A stretch of 64,000 bases of DNA from a bacterium (GTDB lineage: Bacteria; UBA8248; JACPRG01; G963555815), in assembly GCA_965261595.1 (NCBI GenBank), contig CBDHDG010000006.1, positions 800,001 to 864,000 on the forward strand, read 5' to 3'. Each line of letters opens with the position of its first letter. The first letter of the stretch is position 1. Of the stretch, positions 31,843 through 41,903 are shown piece after piece. The notes under the pieces are model-generated. The model worked only from the letters and a program-made list of their open reading frames with translations, had not been told where the DNA came from and did not search any database. A program made the translations under genes and the position numbers.

Positions 31843-32053
31843 CCTAATTGTTGGGAGACCACTTCCATAACCGCTGGGCGGGAGGGATCCCGCTCAGCGG
31901 TTCATGCATGGGCGCTGTTGTAGGGGGAAGATTGTCCTTTTGCCCTCCGGTTCATAGGCCGCGATCCATATATAAACGGCTCACGACGCCGTGGGATACC
32001 CGCCCATTTGCTTGAGAGGAATTATGGGACCCGTTGTGACCAATTTGTGACCA
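31843..32053 (+). repeat. Shared non-coding module R1 (hairpin + conserved segment + TTGTGACCA tandem repeat)
   Basis: 31843-31985 aligns with 43972-44115; 31935-32032 aligns with 34722-34818 and 41464-41562. Confidence 0.85.
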
Positions 32054-32164
32054 CCCCTTCCTCTCAATGTGCCCTCATTCTCCCGTCAGCTTAAAAACCT
32101 GCTAAAATTCCCATCGTCAACCCGAAAAGATACAGACCCGCCCACCTGATGGGGGCAACACGTC

Positions 32165-34647
32165 ATGCGGTACCGGCGCACCGTCCTGATTGCCGTTCTG
32201 GCCTCAGTCCTTATTGCTCCCTCCCTGTTCGCCCAGACGCTGACGGTCAAGGTCCAACGGGGAAACGTGCGCTTCGGGCCTGGCAAGTCCTACCCCGTGA
32301 TCGGAAGGGTCCAAAAAGCCGATAACTTCCCCATCGAGGCCCGCCAGGGCGACTGGTTCAAGATCCTGCTGGAGACGGGCCGGGAGGGCTGGGTCTTCAA
32401 GTCTCTCGTCGAGGTCTCCGGTAAGCGGACGATTGGCGTCGTTCCTTTGGGTCCCACCCCATCGGCCTCCCGGCCTTACGGCGACTCCTGGGCCATCGTT
32501 GTGGGTATCAACCGGTATCGAAAACCGGCCCTGCGCCTCCACTACGCCGTCAACGACGCCCGGAGCGTCACGGCCGCCCTTCAGAAGATCGGCTTTCCCA
32601 AAAGAAACATCATCACCCTACTAGACGAGCGGGCCACGGCGCTGGCCATCCGCACGGCGTTCAACACCCTGATTACAAGGACACAGGGGCAAGACCGGGT
32701 ATTCATCTTTGTCGCGGCGCACGGTTTGACGCTCGACCGTCCGGGGGGCGGGGCGATGGGATACCTGCTTCCGGTGGGGGCGGACCCGGCCAACATTGTG
32801 GGGACGGCCATGCCGATGAGCGAGGTGAAGGACATGGCGTCGCTTCTCAAGGCGAAGCACGTCTTCTTTGCCGTGGACGCCTGCTTCTCAGGTCTTTTGG
32901 CCGCACGGAGCGTGCCTCGGGCGGAAAAGCGGCGTGGACGCGGCTTACCTGACCCGGGGCCGTCTGCGGCAGATCCTCACGGCGGGCGAGCGGGACCAGC
33001 CGGTCCTGGAGGAAGGGGGCCACGGCCTTTTCACCCGGCGGCTCCTGGAGGCGATGGAGGGCGAGGCGGACAATTCTCCCCGGGACGGCGTCCTCACGGC
33101 GATGGAGGTGGCGGCGTTCGTCCAGGGGCAGGTGATCGCCTCGTCCAGCAGCCGTCAGACGCCCTTTTTCGGGACGATGGACGGCGTGGGGCAGTTCGTC
33201 TTCACCGCGCCGGCCATTGGAAATCGTCCGGCTGTTTCTCCGCCTCCGGCAACGCCCCGGCCTCCTGTCGCCTCCATCCCCATGGCTGACCCATTTGCTG
33301 GTCTCGGAAGGGTAGTTAAAGACCCCGATGAATTTGCGGGGTTGGGTAGGAAGGGCACGGGAGACCTGTTCTTGAATTCGAAGCCCCCTGGGGCGGTGGT
33401 CTTCTTGGATGGAAAGCGTCTTTCGGGTCCCACGCCACTCTTGGTCGAGAAGGTCCCCGCCGGTGAGCACCGAATATTGGTCCGCAAGGGCGAGAAGCAT
33501 GGCGGGTTCCGGGACGTTCGGCTCAAAGCGGGTGAGTTGAAGAACCTCACTGTGAGCCTGGAACGCCTGAAGGGTGAGCTTTACGTCAAGGTGCGTCCCT
33601 TCGGTTCGGCAGTTCTCGTGGACGGCAAGCGGTTGGGGAAGTCGCCGCTCAAGACAAAGGTGAACCCCGGTGAACGTCAGGTTGAAGTGAGACAGGAGGG
33701 CTACCGGAGGTACAGCGGCCGAGTGAAGGTCGAATTCGGGAAAACCACGGAAGTCTCGCAGACCCTCGCCGCGCTCGCCACGGCTACGCTGGTGGTTTCC
33801 TCGACGCCTTCGGGGGCGGAGATTTTCATTGGGAAAAAATCAGTGGGCAAGACGCCGCGGGCGATTCGGCTCTATGAGGGGGAATACACCGTTCGATTCA
33901 GGAAGCCGGGTTACAAGCCTTCAAGCCAGAAGGCCCTCGTTCGCGGGGACAGGAAGAGCACGGTTGTTGCCGTCCTGGCCGTTGACCCGATCCCTCCCGG
34001 GATGGTCAAGGTCCCTGCGGGTTGGTTCATCATGGGGAGCGGAAAGTACGAAAGTGAGAAGCCGCGCCGCCGGGTTTACCTGAATGAGTTTTTCATCGAC
34101 AAGTATCCGGTGACGAATGTCCGGTTCCGGAGGTTCGGAAAACCAAAGAAGGATCACGGCTCGAAGTTCAACGGCACCCGTCAGCCTGTGCGTGGGTGTG
34201 ACTTGGAGTCAGGCACGGGATTATTGCGGATCCGTGGGCAAGCGCTTGCCCACGGAGGCCGAATGGGAGAAAGCGGCTCGTGGGGTGGACGGCCGGAAGT
34301 ATCCCTGGGGGAATCAGTGGGACCCCTCGAAGGTGATTTGGGATAAGAACAGCGGCGATAAGACACACCCCGTGGATCGGACGTACAACACCCACCGGAG
34401 CCCTTATGGGGCTGTGGACATGTCGGGGAACGTGTGGGAGTGGGTGGGTGACTGGTTCAAGGCGGATTATTACCGGACCGCCCCGGATCGCAACCCGAAG
34501 GGACCTGCCTCCAGCAGCAGGCGCGTTTTGCGCGGCGGTTCCTGGAGCAGCGACAATACGTCGAACTTCCGCGCGGCGAATCGCAACGATTGGCCTCCGG
34601 ACAACCGGGGCAGCTGGGTTTCGTTTCGTTGCGCCAAGGCTCCATAA
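32165..34647 (+). CDS. SH3 + caspase (peptidase C14) + PEGA repeats + FGE-sulfatase (C-type lectin fold) protein; probable DGR target; frameshifts near 32925 and 34190
   Basis: Signal peptide; NVRFGPG...GREGWV (SH3b); [16 protein letters not shown] and DACFSG dyad; [53 protein letters not shown]...FRCA. Confidence 0.88.
34480..34647 (+). repeat. DGR-type variable region VR1 (3' end of FGE-sulfatase gene)
   Basis: Homologous to 41224-41389 and 41904-42078; constant scaffold codons alternate with hypervariable codons. Confidence 0.75.
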
Positions 34648-34706
34648 TTACCCTTTGTCCTTTCGCCCTCTTACCCTTTGGGGGGTCCAGGGGGCTTGCC
34701 CCCTGG
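34648..34706 (+). promoter_or_regulatory. Pyrimidine-rich spacer and GC hairpin downstream of VR1 (DGR target-recognition-like element)
   Basis: CCCTTT repeats then CCAGGGGGC-TT-GCCCCCTGG (34687-34706); the hairpin recurs unchanged at 41430-41449. Confidence 0.7.
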
Positions 34707-34721
34707 TTGGTTTAGCGATTA

Positions 34722-34843
34722 GCCCTTTTTCCCTCCGTTCATATCCTCAAACCCATAATGATCCGGCTCGCGACGCCGTGGGGACCCGCCCATTCGCTTA
34801 AGAGGAATTATGGGACCCAAAGTAGGTGTCTATTCAGGTGTCT
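34722..34843 (+). repeat. Shared module R2 ending in AGGTGTCT tandem repeat
   Basis: CGACGCCGTGGG.ACCCGCCCATT.GCTT.AGAGGAATTATGGGACCC shared with R1; AGGTGTCT at 34824 and 34836. Confidence 0.85.
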
Positions 34844-34961
34844 TCTGAGGGTACACAAACCCACACACAGACACACAACCAGCACAAAGAGGTTTTCGCG
34901 GGAATCCAACAACAACGGGGATTTACGGGGGTTGGCCTGAGAATCCCGGAAGGCTTCTGAC

Positions 34962-35072
34962 GGATTTAATGTGCGCCGCCTAGAGGAAGGGCTGCCAGGA
35001 TGAAAAGCCGCAGGTCTGCCGGTTCAAGCCGAAGCATCGAGCTAACAGCGAAGACTCAAGAATGACCCCGCC
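34962..35072. ncRNA. Possible fragment of a structured RNA (6S/ssrS-like)
   Basis: GGTTCAAG...AGCGAAGACTCAAG loosely resembles the 6S RNA closing region; judged by eye only. Confidence 0.2.
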
Positions 35073-35083
35073 GCTTCTCCTCC

Positions 35084-35887
35084 TCAATCTATCAGGATCT
35101 GGCTGAGGAACAGCTTGGTGCGATCGTTCTGGGGGTTCTCGAAGAATCCATGGGGCTCGTTCTGCTCGATGATCTCGCCGCCGTCCATGAAGATGACACG
35201 GTCGGCGACGGTCTTGGCGAAGCCCATCTCATGGGTCACGACGAGCATGGTCATGCCGGTGCCGGCGAGTTCGATCATCACGTCCAGAACCTCCGTGATC
35301 ATCTCCGGATCCAAGGCCGAGGTCGGTTCGTCGAACAGCATGATCTTGGGCGACATGCAGAGCGCCCGCGCAATCACCACCCGCTGCTGCTGGCCGCCCG
35401 AAAGCTGGCCCGGGAACTTCTCTGCCTGTTCGGGTATCCGGACTCGCTCGAGATATTCCCGCGCCAATTCATTGGCCTCGGCCTTGGGCTTATTGCGCAC
35501 CCAGATCGGGCCCAATGTCAGATTCTCAAGCACCGTGAGATGGGAAAATAGATTGAAGTGCTGAAACACCATGCCGACTTCGCTGCGAATGGTGTGAATG
35601 TTCTTGAGATCGTTGGTGAGCTCGGTCCCGTCGACGAGGATCTGGCCCTGCTGGTGTTCTTCGAGCCGGTTTATGCAGCGGATCAGGGTGGACTTTCCAG
35701 ACCCCGACGGCCCGCAGATGACGATGCGCTCACCCTTATTGACGGTCAGGTTGATGTCCTTGAGCACATGGAAAGAACCGAACCATTTGTGGACACCCGT
35801 CATCTCGATCATGACGTCCTCGGAGACGGTCATGGTCTTGGTTGGGTGTTTGAGTCCGTCTTCCGATAAACCGGCTTTGTCATACAT
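35084..35887 (-). CDS. aapP: General L-amino acid ABC transporter ATP-binding protein
   Basis: [30 protein letters not shown]; last gene of the operon. Confidence 0.9.
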   Translation of the reverse strand: MYDKAGLSEDGLKHPTKTMTVSEDVMIEMTGVHKWFGSFHVLKDINLTVNKGERIVICGPSGSGKSTLIRCINRLEEHQQGQILVDGTELTNDLKNIHTIRSEVGMVFQHFNLFSHLTVLENLTLGPIWVRNKPKAEANELAREYLERVRIPEQAEKFPGQLSGGQQQRVVIARALCMSPKIMLFDEPTSALDPEMITEVLDVMIELAGTGMTMLVVTHEMGFAKTVADRVIFMDGGEIIEQNEPHGFFENPQNDRTKLFLSQILID

Positions 35888-35928
35888 TATTATTTCTCCA
35901 ATCCTTACGTAAGATCCCCCGCCTAAGC

Positions 35929-37050
35929 CTAATGGCCGGTATCGAGTTTTCGCTCAAGAAAAAGCGAATACCTCGACATGCTGAAGCAGCAAATGAAGAA
36001 AAACAGCGCGACAAAAATATAGACCTCGCGAGCCAATCCTGCCCAGGCAGTGTCCGCCAACGACGCCCGGCCGACGCCCAGGGGATCGAACATACCTATA
36101 ATCAACACCAGCGTGGTGTCCTTGAAAAGCCCGATAAAGGTATTGACGATTCCAGGAATTGAAATCTTCAGCGCCTGCGGCAAAATAACCAGCCAGTGAG
36201 CCTTCAGGTAGGTTAGGCCAAGAGATTCGGCGGCTTCGTACTGGCCACTGGGAATTCCCTGCAACCCGCCACGAACGACTTCAGCAATATAACCCGCTGA
36301 AAACAGCGTCACCATAATCAGCACCCGCATAAGCAGGTCGAAGACTGTGCCCGGCGGCAGAAAGTAATTGAGCATCGTCGAAGCGATGAACAAAAGGGTG
36401 ATCAGGGGCACTCCGCGGATAAACTCGACGAACAAGACGCAAATAATCCTCAGAATCGGCATCTTCGACCGGCGTCCGAGGGCGAGGAGAATACCGATCG
36501 GAAGTGAGAACGATATGCCAGTGACGCCGATGATCAGTGTCAGCAAGATGCCACCGAATTGGTCGGTTTCAACTGGGCTCAAGCCGAAGCCCCCGACCAG
36601 GAGCCAGCCGGTAATGAACGGGAACGCCATCGCATACAAAAGCCCGACTTTTCGGCCTGGCATCTTATCGTAAAGCACCGGCACGATCGCCATTATCAGG
36701 AGCACGAACGACAGGTTCACCCGCCAGCGCAACGGTGCGGGATAGAACCCATAAACAAAAAGTCCCAGCCGATTTCTGATGAAGGCCCAGCAGGCGCCGC
36801 CCTCCGGCACCTCCATTTTGTCCCAGCATTCCTTGCGTGACTCTGCCGTCCAAACCGAATCCAAGAAGATCCACTCAAATAGCGGCGGTATCACCAACCA
36901 AAGGAACCAGATGGCCAAGAGGGTTAGCACCACGTTGAGCGGCGTAGATAGGAGGTTGTGTTTGACCCATCCGAGAACGCCAACTTCGGTGCGCGGTGGC
37001 GGCAATTCCGGATGCTGACCGGTTTCGTAGGTTTTCTCAACGTCAGCCAT
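35929..37050 (-). CDS. aapM: General L-amino acid ABC transporter permease
   Basis: [42 protein letters not shown]. Confidence 0.88.
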   Translation of the reverse strand: MADVEKTYETGQHPELPPPRTEVGVLGWVKHNLLSTPLNVVLTLLAIWFLWLVIPPLFEWIFLDSVWTAESRKECWDKMEVPEGGACWAFIRNRLGLFVYGFYPAPLRWRVNLSFVLLIMAIVPVLYDKMPGRKVGLLYAMAFPFITGWLLVGGFGLSPVETDQFGGILLTLIIGVTGISFSLPIGILLALGRRSKMPILRIICVLFVEFIRGVPLITLLFIASTMLNYFLPPGTVFDLLMRVLIMVTLFSAGYIAEVVRGGLQGIPSGQYEAAESLGLTYLKAHWLVILPQALKISIPGIVNTFIGLFKDTTLVLIIGMFDPLGVGRASLADTAWAGLAREVYIFVALFFFICCFSMSRYSLFLERKLDTGH

Positions 37051-37053
37051 GGC

Positions 37054-38253
37054 TTATCTCTCCACCAGGGCCATCTTCTTGTTGTACCAATTCATGAATC
37101 CCGAGATCAGCAAAGAGATTGTGAGATACAGCAGAAGGACGATAATCATCGTCTCCATCTCTTTGCCCGTCTGCATCAGGGTAATCCCGCCGATCGTGGC
37201 GACGATATCCGTGTAGCCGATGGCGATCGCCAACGACGAGTTCTTGGTCAGGTTCAGATACTGGCTGGTCAGCGGCGGGATGATGACGCGGAGCGCCTGG
37301 GGTATGATGATCAGCCTGAGCGTTCTGTTGGGACGAAGCCCGAGCGCATAAGCGGCCTCGGTCTGCCCGTGGCTGACCGCGAGGATTCCCGAACGGACGA
37401 TCTCCGCGATAAAGCACGATGTGTAATAGGAAAGCGCCAGCCACAGAGCGATGAACTCGGGTTTGATTGCCAGCCCGCCGTTGAAATTGAACCCCTTCAG
37501 CTCCGGAATACCCCAAGAAAGCGGCATGCCAGCGGAAAGAAAAGCGGCCGCCATCATCACCACGATCACTCCAGTCGATATCCAGAAAACGGGGTAAACC
37601 CGACTCGTCTCACCCTGGATTTTTTTCGCCCAGCGTCTGAAAAAGAACACAAAAACAACCGAGATCACGAAGGCCGCCGCGACGATCCCGGCACCGGGTT
37701 CCAAAACGGGTTGGGGAATGAAGAATCCTCTGTTCGTGAGAAAGAAGATATCAGCAAAATTTATTGCCTTCTTTGGCACCGGCAAATGGATGACGACCAG
37801 CCCGTAGATGAACAGGATGTGCAAAAGGACAGGAACGTTGCGCGTGAATTCCAGGAAGCAATAAACGATACGGTTGACCAGCCAGTTCGTGGAGAGCCTG
37901 AGGATCCCCATTATGAAACCCATTATTGTCGTGAGAACTATACTGCAAGCTGCAACCAGCAGAGTGTTGAGAATTCCTACGAAGGCAGCCCGTAGATGAG
38001 TGGACCTTGAGCTGTATTCGATAAATGGAGAAAACGTTATGTCGTAACCAGCCGGGTACAAGAGGAAGCTGAAGCTAAACTCTTTTCCTACCGTTTCGAG
38101 GTTGATTACGACGTTACGGAGGATAAGGGCGAGGGCAGCGAATATCACCGTCAGCGTCACGATCTGGATGATGACGGACCGGGCTTTATGGTTTCTCCAA
38201 AGGCGTGTGACCAGGTTGCGGGTGTCAGGACCGGTCTCGACAATTCTGGCCAT
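37054..38253 (-). CDS. aapQ: General L-amino acid ABC transporter permease
   Basis: VGILNTLLVA, EFTRNVPVLL, GFNFNGG, AEIVRSGILAVSHGQTEAA, YLNLTKNSSL. Confidence 0.88.
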   Translation of the reverse strand: MARIVETGPDTRNLVTRLWRNHKARSVIIQIVTLTVIFAALALILRNVVINLETVGKEFSFSFLLYPAGYDITFSPFIEYSSRSTHLRAAFVGILNTLLVAACSIVLTTIMGFIMGILRLSTNWLVNRIVYCFLEFTRNVPVLLHILFIYGLVVIHLPVPKKAINFADIFFLTNRGFFIPQPVLEPGAGIVAAAFVISVVFVFFFRRWAKKIQGETSRVYPVFWISTGVIVVMMAAAFLSAGMPLSWGIPELKGFNFNGGLAIKPEFIALWLALSYYTSCFIAEIVRSGILAVSHGQTEAAYALGLRPNRTLRLIIIPQALRVIIPPLTSQYLNLTKNSSLAIAIGYTDIVATIGGITLMQTGKEMETMIIVLLLYLTISLLISGFMNWYNKKMALVER

Positions 38254-38547
38254 GGCCAACAACGATCTCCTTCACGGGCTCATCAAGACCAAAAAAACCC
38301 AATATTGATACAATTCACGGGGGTGATCTTTGCTGCTGATCACTAGTGAGCTGCACCGTGGTGAGGGTCATTTCAAATAACCAGGGACGCCATCCAAGAC
38401 AAAACGTTCCCAGCCTTCGGTCGGGAAAATTGGTCCATTGGGTGTCTCAGGCACAATCAAATAACAACAAACATGGAATTTCAAGGGTCAATAGGTGCAG
38501 ACGCGTACCGGGACCCGATAGGTCGCCAGCACGCTTTTAGATTGATC

Positions 38548-39956
38548 TGGACCGCCCCTGGGTTATTTATTGGACACTCGGGTGAGGGTATTCGACCTCA
38601 TGCGGCCTCCGCAACTTGAGCGAGTTTTTCCTGCCTTGCCTGGGCCAGCGTTCGGTAGCCGTAGCCCTCGAGAATCCAATGATGGTTGTACAGGTTCTTG
38701 AACTCAAGCAACGCCCACCGCAGTTCCTCTACGGTGGCGAAAGAGCGCACCCACAGGAGATTCTCCTTCAAGATGCGGATGAACCACTCACAGTAGCCAT
38801 TTCCCTCGGGCGCCCGCACGAAGCTGGGCGAACTGGTCATGCCCAGGTAGGCGATCTCCCGCTGAAAGTCATCGGACAGATAGGCGGGGCCGTGGTCGTG
38901 ACGAACTTTAAGCCCCTCGGCGACGTCCGCCTCCAAGCCGGCGAAGCGCTCGGCGACCCCCTGCCGGATCGGCTCCAGGGCCTCGAAGCGGTTGCCGCTC
39001 TTGGCCGCATGGATCCCCACGCAGTCCACCGAGCAGTGATCCACCGCCACGAACACCGAGGCCATCCCCTCCTCGGTGGTCACCGTCGTCGTCATGTGCG
39101 TGCCCCACATTCGGTCGGGCCGCTCGGTGCGGATGGTCCCGTTGTGGGCCTTGGGACCTCGGGGTTTGTCCACCCGGTGGGGGGCCTGAAGCCCCGCCTC
39201 CCGCATCAGGCGACGCACCCGCTCCTTGCTGGTGCGGATGCCCGCGAAGCGCAGCCTCGCCCACACCTTGCGGTAGCCCTCGCCATGGAAGGGAGAGTCC
39301 TCCAGGACCTGCCGGATGTGGCCGAGGAGTTCCGCATCGGTGCACGGGCCCACAGGGCCGCGCTTATTGGGCGTGGGGCGTCCATGAACGGGGACCGCCT
39401 CTCGCCGCCGTTGCGCGTAGACCGTGGAGCGCGCCAAGCCCCAAAGGGCGCACACCCGCTTCAGGCCGTAGGCTCTGCCCGTGGAGGTGAAGCGGGCCTG
39501 ACTCATCGCCTCCACCTCCTGCCGGCTAAAGGGCGGCCGGCCTCCAGGCGGTCGATCTTCTCCCGCAGGACCTCGCCCTCCATCGTGAGTTCGCCCACCT
39601 TGGCCTTGAGCCGGGCGTTCTCCTCGTCCCGCTCATCCGCCGGGCGGGCTTTGAGCGCCGCCTCGCCCCCGCGAAGGAACGCCTCGCGCCAGGCGGAAAG
39701 CCGAGCCGCTGTCGTGCCCAACTCGCGGCAGAGCGTCTCCAGGCTCTCGCCCCGCAAAAGACGCAGGACCGCCTCCCGCTTGCGCCTGGCAGGAGAACCG
39801 ACCCCGCTCACTGCGATGCCCTGGGGCCTTGGCTCCGTTCGCCCTGCGGGCGCCCTCCGCCAAAGCCCCCTCTTGCTTTTGTTCGTTCATCGCGACACCC
39901 CTTTCTCCATGAATCATGGATCAATCGAGTGTCCAACAAAACCCTAGAGCGGGGGA
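38548..39956 (-). mobile_element. IS3-family insertion sequence, copy 4 (orfA frameshift, Asp to His), between aapJ and aapQ
   Basis: TSD GATC; 4-nt duplication in one TIR (GGTTATTTATTGG). Confidence 0.93.
38598..39506 (-). CDS. IS3-family transposase OrfB (WGTHMT variant)
   Basis: Near-identical to the other copies. Confidence 0.9.
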   Translation of the reverse strand: MSQARFTSTGRAYGLKRVCALWGLARSTVYAQRRREAVPVHGRPTPNKRGPVGPCTDAELLGHIRQVLEDSPFHGEGYRKVWARLRFAGIRTSKERVRRLMREAGLQAPHRVDKPRGPKAHNGTIRTERPDRMWGTHMTTTVTTEEGMASVFVAVDHCSVDCVGIHAAKSGNRFEALEPIRQGVAERFAGLEADVAEGLKVRHDHGPAYLSDDFQREIAYLGMTSSPSFVRAPEGNGYCEWFIRILKENLLWVRSFATVEELRWALLEFKNLYNHHWILEGYGYRTLAQARQEKLAQVAEAA

Positions 39957-39977
39957 GATCAACAATCAGTCGGTCTT

Positions 39978-40997
39978 CTAACGGAACGGCGGCGAATACT
40001 GCAGGCCGCCATTCGTCCACAAGGCATTTTGCCCACGAGGGAGACCGATAGGCGTTTTGGTGCCAATATTGCGCTCAAAGATCTCGCCGTAGTTACCGAC
40101 GAACTTGATGATATTGTACGCCCAGTCATTGCTCAGGCCCAACTCTTTACCCTGGCTACCCTCAACGCCCAAGAGACGCAAGACTTCGGGGTCTTTGGAG
40201 CTTTTCATCTTATCGACATTAGCCTGCGTGACGCCCTTTTCCTCAGCCGTAATCGTCGCGTTGAGAACCCAGGTTATAATATCAGACCACTGGTCGTCAC
40301 CTTGACGGGTGGCGGGACCCAGGGGCTCTTTCGAGATGATCTCTGGCAGGATGATGTGATTCTGCGGATCAGAGAACGTTGAACGGGTGGCGGCTAGACC
40401 TGAGGCGTCGGTGGTGTAAACGTCGCACCGTCCAGAAGAGTAGTTCTGCCGCGCCTCCTCGTTGGTCTCGATGGGTACGGCCTCATACTTCATGCCATTG
40501 GCGTGGAAGTAATCGGCTAGGTTGAGTTCAGTTGTTGTGCCGGTTTGGATGCAGACCGAAGCGCCGTTAAGTTCCTTAACGCTCTTGACACCGATCGCCT
40601 TCTTCACCATAAAGCCTTGGCCATCATAGTAGTTTACGCCATGGAATCGCAACTTAACGCCGACGTCGCGAGAGAAGGTGATGGTGGTGTTCCGCCACAG
40701 TACGTCGCCCTCACCTGAGTTGAGCTTGGTGAACCGGGTCTTGCCGGTCGCCGTCACCGCCTTGATCTTGCTTGCATCTCCCAGTACCGCCGCGGCAGTC
40801 GCCCGGCAGAAATCGATGTCGAAGCCTTTCCAAACGCCGCTCGCGTCCGGATAAGCAAAGCCGGCGATGCCGGTGCTTACGACGCAGCGCAACACACCGC
40901 GGGACTTGACGTCATCCAAGGTTCCGGCCCCGGCGCCAACCGGCCCGAGCGCCACGGCCATCGCCGCGCCTACGACCATCAACTTTAGAGTTTTCAC
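39978..40997 (-). CDS. aapJ: General L-amino acid ABC transporter substrate-binding protein
   Basis: Signal peptide, GFDIDFCRA, NYYDGQGFMV, GTTTELNLADYF, ISKEPLGP, GNYGEIFERN, NALWTNGGLQYSPPFR. Confidence 0.92.
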   Translation of the reverse strand: MKTLKLMVVGAAMAVALGPVGAGAGTLDDVKSRGVLRCVVSTGIAGFAYPDASGVWKGFDIDFCRATAAAVLGDASKIKAVTATGKTRFTKLNSGEGDVLWRNTTITFSRDVGVKLRFHGVNYYDGQGFMVKKAIGVKSVKELNGASVCIQTGTTTELNLADYFHANGMKYEAVPIETNEEARQNYSSGRCDVYTTDASGLAATRSTFSDPQNHIILPEIISKEPLGPATRQGDDQWSDIITWVLNATITAEEKGVTQANVDKMKSSKDPEVLRLLGVEGSQGKELGLSNDWAYNIIKFVGNYGEIFERNIGTKTPIGLPRGQNALWTNGGLQYSPPFR

Positions 40998-41223
40998 TGC
41001 TTGCCCTCCCAGTTTGTCGGTATGTGACTAAATATGTTCAGCCTCCAAGATCGGACAAAGATTCGCGCCTACACGAATCGCCTCAACGCCCTGATTCGGA
41101 TAATTACCCGAACGCAGCGGCCTCACGGTGCCCGGATCAGATTTAGATCTTACGCTTCTGAGTCGGACAGGGCAAGGGGTAATATATAGCACAGGCCAGG
41201 AGTGGATGCAAGTAGCTGTCTCG

Positions 41224-41449
41224 GCCGCCCGCAACCCGAAGGGCCCATCCTCGGGCACGTTCCGCGTGGTTCGTGGCGCCTCGTGGTTCTACGTCAGTCC
41301 GTCACTCTTCCGCGCGGCGTTCCGGATCTGGTACCCAACTGGGCTTCACGTATGGCAACGTGGGTTTTCGTTGCGCCAAGGCTCCTTAAATTACCCTTTG
41401 CCCTTTCGCCCTTTTACCCTTTGGGGGGTCCAGGGGGCTTGCCCCCTGG
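41224..41449 (+). repeat. Orphan DGR-type variable-region cassette VR2 with stop, spacer and hairpin
   Basis: ARNPKGPSSGTFRVVRGASWFYVSPSLFRAAFRIWY/QLGFTYGNVGFRCAKAP* (one extra base); no upstream FGE gene. Confidence 0.85.
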
Positions 41450-41463
41450 CGGGTTTAGCGATT

Positions 41464-41588
41464 AGCCCTTTTGTCCCTGCGTTCATAGGCCACGACCCAT
41501 AGATATAGATCGCACGATGCCAGGGGGTCCCGCCCCTTCGCCGTGGAGAAGATAGGGGACCCATGCTGTGCCTGTTTTCGTGCCTGTT
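41464..41588 (+). repeat. Shared module R3 ending in GTGCCTGTT tandem repeat
   Basis: GCCCTTTTGTCCCTGCGTTCAT identical to R4; ends GGGACCC then GTGCCTGTT at 41568 and 41580. Confidence 0.8.
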
Positions 41589-41695
41589 GGCTAAGCATTA
41601 GGAGATATACCGAGATAGATCGGAGCGGCGGACAATCCCTTATGGTTATTGGGAAACCCTTGATTTTTCTATGGTTTCCGTGCCACCATTCTCTT

Positions 41696-41752
41696 GATTC
41701 AGGGTCTAGTGGGGGAAACCTCGTGGGAGTTCGAGTCTCCCCTTCGGCACCA
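41696..41752 (+). other. 3' half of tRNA-Leu(CAG); probable att duplication
   Basis: GATTCAGGGTCTAGTGGGGGAAACCTCGTGGGAGTTCGAGTCTCCCCTTCGGCACCA has anticodon loop, long variable arm, T-arm and CCA, but no D-arm or 5' acceptor strand upstream. Confidence 0.85.
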
Positions 41753-41903
41753 TAAAATTCAAGCGTTTACAGGATGGGCGCGTTGCTTGCTTTCGGGATA
41801 TTTCTTTTCGCGTCGCCTGCGCAACCCGCATATGCGAATCGAAACTGTGCGACTTCCAGCGAACTCCATTCAGCACTCGGGCAAGTTTCTTTGAACTATC
41901 CTT

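Noticed and set aside
41660..41752. Complete tRNA-Leu gene
   Set aside because: No D-arm or 5' acceptor strand complementary to the 3' end; treated as an att fragment.
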